NCBI GenBank assembly: GCA_036383255.1
Contig: DASVOS010000009.1
Coordinates: forward strand, 148,110-212,109
Direction of reading: 5' to 3'
Source of the DNA: Gammaproteobacteria bacterium
Lineage (GTDB): Bacteria > Pseudomonadota > Gammaproteobacteria > Natronospirales > REEB76
DNA length: 64,000 nt
The notes beneath the pieces were generated by a model. It was not told where the DNA came from. It was given only the letters and a program-made list of their open reading frames with translations, and searched no databases. Position 1 is the stretch's first letter; every line of letters begins with the position of its first letter. The position numbers and the translations under genes were made by a program. This document shows positions 59,174 through 64,000 of the stretch, piece by piece.

Positions 59174-60676
59174 TCAGGCCCGCCGGTTGCCGCTCGTCCA
59201 GGCGGCGGGCAGTTGCAGGTATTGCAGAACGGTGCGGCGTTCGGCCCCACTCAGGGGGCCGAACCGCCACGTGAGCCCAACGTAGGAGACGGCGTATGCC
59301 GCCCCCAGGATCAAGAGCGAAGGCAACGGCGACAGCGCCAGCAGGGGCTTCAGTGCCAGGCACGGCGCCATGGAGGCGGCGACGATAGCGACGACGCGAC
59401 CCAGGTCCTTCCACGGCAGGAGGCTCGTGTAGCTGCAGCCCATCAGCTTCCTTATGCGCATCAGACCCACCGCTTTGGCGGTGAGGGTGGCCAGCAGCGT
59501 CACCAGCACCGCGCCCATGAGTCCGAAATGAGCCAGGAACGCGGTGATGGTGAGCGCCACCACGGCGAGGCGGATGACGTTGAGCAGGATCAGGAAGCGG
59601 GTGTCTGCATGCACACGCAGCACGCTGTCGGTCATGATGGCCATGAACAGCATGCTCAAGGTCCAGACCATGAACAGCGGCGCGGCGGCGGCGTAACTGG
59701 CGGTGAACAGCAGCACGATGAGCTTGTCAGCGCAGACCATGAGTCCGCCCACCAGGAACGCGAACACGAGGGTCAGCTTGCGGGTGGTATCCAGCCACAG
59801 CTCCAGGGCCGCGGCACGACGCCCATCCCGCAAGTCTTCGCTCATACGCACCATCATCACGCTACTCGTGGAAGTCATCATGAAATCCACCAGGGGCACC
59901 TGCAGGCAGCCCACTGAATACACCGCGAACACGGCAGCGTCGAAATGGTTGGAGACCACGTACATGTGCAGGTCCCGCTGCACCGCCTCTATACCCACCG
60001 CCAGGGCGAACGGCAGTGCATAGGCGAGCTGACGCTTCATCAGATTGGCGTCGAAGGCCGGCTGGCGCGGGAACTCGCGCCTTAGATACAGCGAGGCGGT
60101 GCAGAGCCTGAGCGCAGCAAAGGTGACCGCGCCGGCGAATACCGCCGCCAGGCTATGGAACAGTAGTCCCGGCAGCACAAACAGGCTCGCCCGAGCCAGG
60201 TCCGAGAGCGCGTAGGCGCCGAAGGCGAAGCCGTGATGCTTGCGGGTGATCATCACGATCTCGAACACCGCCGCCATCAGCATCAGCAGGAGGTAGATGC
60301 CCACCTGCGGGATATAGGCCGCGAGCGCCGGGTTGTGGAACCACGCGGCGATGGCGTGGGATCCGGCCCACAGCGCCATGAGGCACGCCAGCCCCGCCGC
60401 CCCCAGCGCCAACAGCGAGTTGGACACGTAGCGCCCGCGCGCCGTGGGATCCATGGGCAGGAAGTAATAGAGGCTTTCGGCCATGCCGAGCTGCGCGATG
60501 CCGTAGAGGGTGGTATAGATCAGGAACAGCTGCTTGTAGGTGCCGAACTCCGCCTGGTCGAAAAGGCGGACCAGCACCACCGGGATCGCGAAGGCGGCCA
60601 CGAAACCCAGCGCCCGCCCCGACATGAGCATGAAGGCGGGCTTGAACACCGAGCCGCCCGCCGTCGGGGGCGTCAT
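59174..60676 (-). CDS. Oligosaccharide flippase (Wzx/MOP superfamily)
   Basis: Start MTPPTAGG (ATGA overlap with upstream stop); 12 or more predicted TM helices, polysaccharide-biosynthesis-protein pattern. Confidence 0.8.
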   Translation of the reverse strand: MTPPTAGGSVFKPAFMLMSGRALGFVAAFAIPVVLVRLFDQAEFGTYKQLFLIYTTLYGIAQLGMAESLYYFLPMDPTARGRYVSNSLLALGAAGLACLMALWAGSHAIAAWFHNPALAAYIPQVGIYLLLMLMAAVFEIVMITRKHHGFAFGAYALSDLARASLFVLPGLLFHSLAAVFAGAVTFAALRLCTASLYLRREFPRQPAFDANLMKRQLAYALPFALAVGIEAVQRDLHMYVVSNHFDAAVFAVYSVGCLQVPLVDFMMTSTSSVMMVRMSEDLRDGRRAAALELWLDTTRKLTLVFAFLVGGLMVCADKLIVLLFTASYAAAAPLFMVWTLSMLFMAIMTDSVLRVHADTRFLILLNVIRLAVVALTITAFLAHFGLMGAVLVTLLATLTAKAVGLMRIRKLMGCSYTSLLPWKDLGRVVAIVAASMAPCLALKPLLALSPLPSLLILGAAYAVSYVGLTWRFGPLSGAERRTVLQYLQLPAAWTSGNRRA

Positions 60677-61881
60677 GCCTTGACCTCCTGCAGTGGCATC
60701 GGGCCGCGCCGCACCAGGCGCTTCAGGTTCTGCTTGAGATTCAGGGCACGGCGACACAGCGTGCCACGCACGCTCGGTGGGAAGCAGTGGACACGCACCA
60801 GGTCCCGACTGCTGCGGGTCCAAAGCGCCTTATAACTCTCGACGCCGTGCAGCATGTCGAATTCGGCCACGCCCTCGGCGATGGCCTCCTGTACGACCAA
60901 TGCGAGGGTCGATAGTCCGACGCTGTGGTCGTTGTAGGCAGGGTCGTAGCCGGCCTGGTAGTAATAGAAGGCATCGCCGTAACGGAACGAATAGGTGGAG
61001 GCCACTGCCGTGCCGTCCAGCCGCAGCACGTACAGCCGCAGCCAGCCCCGTTCCAGCGCCAGGCGGCTGAACTCGCGGTGGAAGGAAAGCACCGCGGGAC
61101 CGGTGAGAGCCGTGGAACGCTCGTCCCCCGACCAGCGCAACCGATGCAGTCCGAAGAACGTCTCGATGTCGTCCTGGCGCTCCGTCTCGGTGGCGCTGCG
61201 CCGGAACTCGACCGTGCGGAAATCCTCCGCCAGGAGCTTGAGTCTCCGGCGCACGTTACGCCGGTGCGCGCCGCTCACCCCCGCCATGTAGGACTGCCAG
61301 CTTTGGCCGGCGAGCGGAATATAGGGGCAGTTGTCGGTGATCTTCTGCTCCGCCTGCCACCCGGCTTGTCCGAGCAATGAGACCAGGGTGGCGATGCGGC
61401 GCGAAGCCGGCTTGACGCGGGACAACTCGATCACGAGTCCCCGTTCCTGCAGGTAATCCGCCAGGGCCTGCAGCACGCCCTGCTCCTCATGCGGCTGCAC
61501 GATGATATCTAGGTAGTCCGAGCCAACGTCCCCGCCGCCCATGAACTCCAGGGTCCGGAACGGCAGCAGCCGCTGCAGCTGCGGCGGCCTGAGCGCCAGC
61601 GGCGCTATGGCGAGCAGCTGGTCGCCGCGGCGCACCACCAGAAGGTGCAGGCGCCGGCCGGCCGAGAGGTGCTTCCACCAGGTGGCAAGCCATTCCCAGG
61701 TGAGGAACAGGCAGTCCGCCCCGCTATTGCGGAGCAGCGTGTCCCATTCGAAGCGCAGCAGTCCCAGCATGTCCGCGTCCTCCACGCGCTCCACCTTGAG
61801 CGCGGGTCGCTCGCCGTGGGCGTTGAGCTTGACGCGCGGCACAGTGCGGGTGATGGTCTGGGGGTAGGCTGTGTCTTCCAT
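60673..61881 (-). CDS. CelD/BcsL-like GNAT acyltransferase (Acetyltransf_6, FemAB-related fold)
   Basis: FEWDTLLRNSGADCLFLTWEWLATWWKHL...RLHLLVVRRGDQLLAIAPL and C-terminal FDMLHGVESYK pattern. Confidence 0.75.
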   Translation of the reverse strand: MEDTAYPQTITRTVPRVKLNAHGERPALKVERVEDADMLGLLRFEWDTLLRNSGADCLFLTWEWLATWWKHLSAGRRLHLLVVRRGDQLLAIAPLALRPPQLQRLLPFRTLEFMGGGDVGSDYLDIIVQPHEEQGVLQALADYLQERGLVIELSRVKPASRRIATLVSLLGQAGWQAEQKITDNCPYIPLAGQSWQSYMAGVSGAHRRNVRRRLKLLAEDFRTVEFRRSATETERQDDIETFFGLHRLRWSGDERSTALTGPAVLSFHREFSRLALERGWLRLYVLRLDGTAVASTYSFRYGDAFYYYQAGYDPAYNDHSVGLSTLALVVQEAIAEGVAEFDMLHGVESYKALWTRSSRDLVRVHCFPPSVRGTLCRRALNLKQNLKRLVRRGPMPLQEVKA

Positions 61882-61899
61882 GTGTCTCTCCCTCTGTCT

Positions 61900-62205
61900 C
61901 TAGGCGTGGCTCACGAGCGCCCGCTCGGGCGCAGCAAGACACGCAACGGCCATCGGGCTCAGGCGCGTGTGCGCGGCGACGAAGCGTACGATGCCGGCCA
62001 GTGAATGAAACGCATCCATGTCCATGCTCTCGAAGGTGAGGTCGAAGCCGAACTCCGCCTCGATGCTCAGCAGGAGGCCGGCGAACTCCAACGAATCCAT
62101 CAACCCGGATGCGAACAGGTCAGTATCCGGGGCCGGCGCGGGTTCGCCCAGCGCGTCCTCGAACAGCAGGTTGACCTTATGCAGCAGTGATTCTTGGGTG
62201 TACAT
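61900..62205 (-). CDS. Acyl/peptidyl carrier protein
   Basis: Start MYTQESLL (62203-62205); phosphopantetheine site LFASGLMDSLEF. Confidence 0.7.
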   Translation of the reverse strand: MYTQESLLHKVNLLFEDALGEPAPAPDTDLFASGLMDSLEFAGLLLSIEAEFGFDLTFESMDMDAFHSLAGIVRFVAAHTRLSPMAVACLAAPERALVSHA

Positions 62206-62713
62206 CGGGGCTCCTGTGCTCGCCGGCCTGCAGCTCGAACAACAGCCGGTCGAAGGGTTCGCCCTCCCCGTCCCGGCCATGGCGCTGGCGGCCGATGGGC
62301 CGGAAGTTGAGCTTCTTGAGGATGCGTAGCGAAGCCTGGTTGGACTCCAGTGCCCAGGCGTTCACGCACTCCAGGCCGTGCACGTCGAACCCCAAGGTCA
62401 GCATCGCGGAAGTGGAGCGGTACAAGTAGCCCTTGCCCGTATACCGTCGATCGCCGAGGAGCGCCCACAGCACCGCGGCGCGGAAATCCCGGTTCACACT
62501 GCTCAGCGCCACCAATCCGATCGGTCCGCCATCATCATCTGCTGTGAAGGCGCGGATGATGTGCGCGTCGTTCTTGGTCATGATCCTGAGCGCCATGGCG
62601 CCTATCGGCTTCTCGCCGCCGCCCAGGTCCAGCCACTTGCGGTTGTGCTTCTCGGAGAGCCAGCGGGCGCCCAGCTCTATCAGGGAATCGTCATCCAGGG
62701 GTATCAGTTCCAC
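62177..62713 (-). CDS. GNAT family N-acetyltransferase (RimJ/RimL-like)
   Basis: GTG start; LGDRRYTGKGY...NQASLRILKKLNFRPIG acetyl-CoA binding pattern. Confidence 0.75.
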   Translation of the reverse strand: MELIPLDDDSLIELGARWLSEKHNRKWLDLGGGEKPIGAMALRIMTKNDAHIIRAFTADDDGGPIGLVALSSVNRDFRAAVLWALLGDRRYTGKGYLYRSTSAMLTLGFDVHGLECVNAWALESNQASLRILKKLNFRPIGRQRHGRDGEGEPFDRLLFELQAGEHRSPDVHPRITAA

Positions 62714-64000
62714 CTTGCGTCCATGCCTTTATTAGCGTGCGCCCCGCAGCCGTGCCGGAGGCGTCTTGCGACAGTTCTCGCCACGCGCTCCAGTCGCCAT
62801 ACGGGGCGCGCTCCGCCGGCTCCATGCCAGCAGCGTAAGTCTTGATGGGGGAGATCGCCGTCGCCGTAGCCGAATAGAGCCGGCCATCCTGGCCCCGCCG
62901 CAGCCTCTCGCCGGTGCGGTATACGCGCCCTATCCTGTCTAAGCGCGGAAATGCGCTGGCACTGGCTTCGGACTCGCCCCAATAACCGGAACTCAGGCCC
63001 GGCCCTTTGATGTACAGGTCGCCGGTCTCGCCGGGGCGCACCTCCTGAAAGTTGTGGTCCAGCAGCAGGAGCTCGCCAGTACCGCAGGCGATACCGTAGG
63101 GCTGCGCCTCATCCGGCTCCGGAAAGGTGACCACGGTGTGGTAGCTGCCGGCGATCCCCGCCTCCACCGGGCCACGAAAGCCGGTGAACTCCACGTGTGG
63201 CAGGTGCCGCATCCAATAGTCGAGGGACCCTGTGGGCAGCGATTCGCCATGCCACTGCACTCGCCTCAGGTCCGGGAAGTCCCAAGGTCGCACCACGTCC
63301 AGGCGAGCCATGTGGTCCAGCACGTCCGTCAGCGAAGACCAGTGGGTGATACCGGAACTGCGCGTCCACTCCGCCAGGCGCTTGGGCAGGAGCGCATGCT
63401 CGGCCGGCACCAGGTGCAGCTCTGCGCCGGCGGCGAAGCTGCCGAAGCTGTCGTACAGCGAGAGCGGATGGGACAGTGGAGCGTGGCTGGCGAGCCGGTC
63501 TCCGGCGTCCAGGCGGAAGCGCCGCTGCGCCCACTCCACGAAGGAGATCACGTTGGCATGGGTGAGCGACACGCCATGGGGCGCATCGCCGCCGGTGAAG
63601 CGGATCTCCGCCGTATCCTGGGCGCGGTGAGCGCCCGCGAGCGGGGTACCGGGCAGTGCGCCGATGTCAGAGAAGCGGAAGCCCGCCGGCAACCCCTGCA
63701 GGTCCGCCGGGATCCCCAACCAGCCCAGGCGCAGGCTGGGGATGCCCGGATCGGCCAGGAGCTCTCGCACCAGCGGCGCCAGGCTTCCCGCCGCCAGCAA
63801 GCAGTGGCTGCCTACATGGCCCACGATGTGCGCCAAGGTGGCGGCGGAAGCGGACGGCTCCAGCGGCACATGGATGCAGTCAGCCTTGTAGATGCCGAGC
63901 TGGCACACCAGCGCCAGCGGCGACTTGGGGAGCAGTACACAGACCCGGTCACCACGGGCACAGCCCCGTTCCTTGAGGGCGCGGGCCAGCTGATTGGAGA
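62691..64000 (-). CDS. AMP-dependent synthetase/ligase (adenylating enzyme), partial: 5-prime end beyond window
   Basis: Frame stays open to nt 64000 (..NQLARALKERGCARGDRVCVLLPKSPLALVCQLGIYKA..); YRTGE and IK...EPAE core motifs. Confidence 0.85.
   Translation of the reverse strand, partial: SNQLARALKERGCARGDRVCVLLPKSPLALVCQLGIYKADCIHVPLEPSASAATLAHIVGHVGSHCLLAAGSLAPLVRELLADPGIPSLRLGWLGIPADLQGLPAGFRFSDIGALPGTPLAGAHRAQDTAEIRFTGGDAPHGVSLTHANVISFVEWAQRRFRLDAGDRLASHAPLSHPLSLYDSFGSFAAGAELHLVPAEHALLPKRLAEWTRSSGITHWSSLTDVLDHMARLDVVRPWDFPDLRRVQWHGESLPTGSLDYWMRHLPHVEFTGFRGPVEAGIAGSYHTVVTFPEPDEAQPYGIACGTGELLLLDHNFQEVRPGETGDLYIKGPGLSSGYWGESEASASAFPRLDRIGRVYRTGERLRRGQDGRLYSATATAISPIKTYAAGMEPAERAPYGDWSAWRELSQDASGTAAGRTLIKAWTQGGTDTPG

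Overview
Visibly GC-rich (third codon positions almost always G/C) chromosomal segment of a proteobacterium-like genome, densely coding, about 60 genes. I saw no rRNA, tRNA, CRISPR array, transposase, integrase or phage genes. Left to right: 3-prime part of acnA; small exported proteins; a rhodanese, a YgjP-like metallohydrolase and a vWA-TM-FHA protein; an ABC-2 exporter plus MtfA-like peptidase; a MacAB-like tripartite ABC efflux operon; tatD and an M20 peptidase; a CIO-type cytochrome bd oxidase with an unannotated 35-codon DUF2474-like ORF; NERD and DUF962 genes; a complete SUF Fe-S operon (Rrf2 regulator, sufBCDS, sufU, sufT, Rieske ferredoxin); ppa; a GT9 heptosyltransferase. The most interesting block is 28.8-39.2 kb. 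It holds a candidate terminator-bounded small RNA or leader and an orphan OmpR-type regulator. These are followed by a stressosome module (RsbR-RsbS-RsbT-RsbX-like) translationally coupled to a soluble RsbU_N-HisKA_3 histidine kinase and three NarL-type response regulators, two of which are a recent tandem duplicate. Next comes a roughly 1020-aa secreted Ig/Fn3/LamG protein. Conserved AT-rich boxes recur in the intergenic regions of this block. From 39.2 kb to the window end, a single minus-strand, translationally coupled exopolysaccharide operon of more than 25 kb converges on that protein. It encodes an epimerase, a cupin, a glmS paralog, GT2, a beta-helix lipoprotein, an AlgD-like dehydrogenase, two deacetylases, a formyltransferase-like protein, two GT4, two AsnB-like amidotransferases, heparinase II/III, a sulfotransferase, Wzx, a CelD-like GNAT, ACP, a GNAT and an AMP-ligase. 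My working hypothesis is a stressosome-gated two-component circuit controlling a sulfated, amidated or acylated matrix polysaccharide and a giant secreted protein. All functional calls rest on motif recognition by eye and need HMM or BLAST confirmation.
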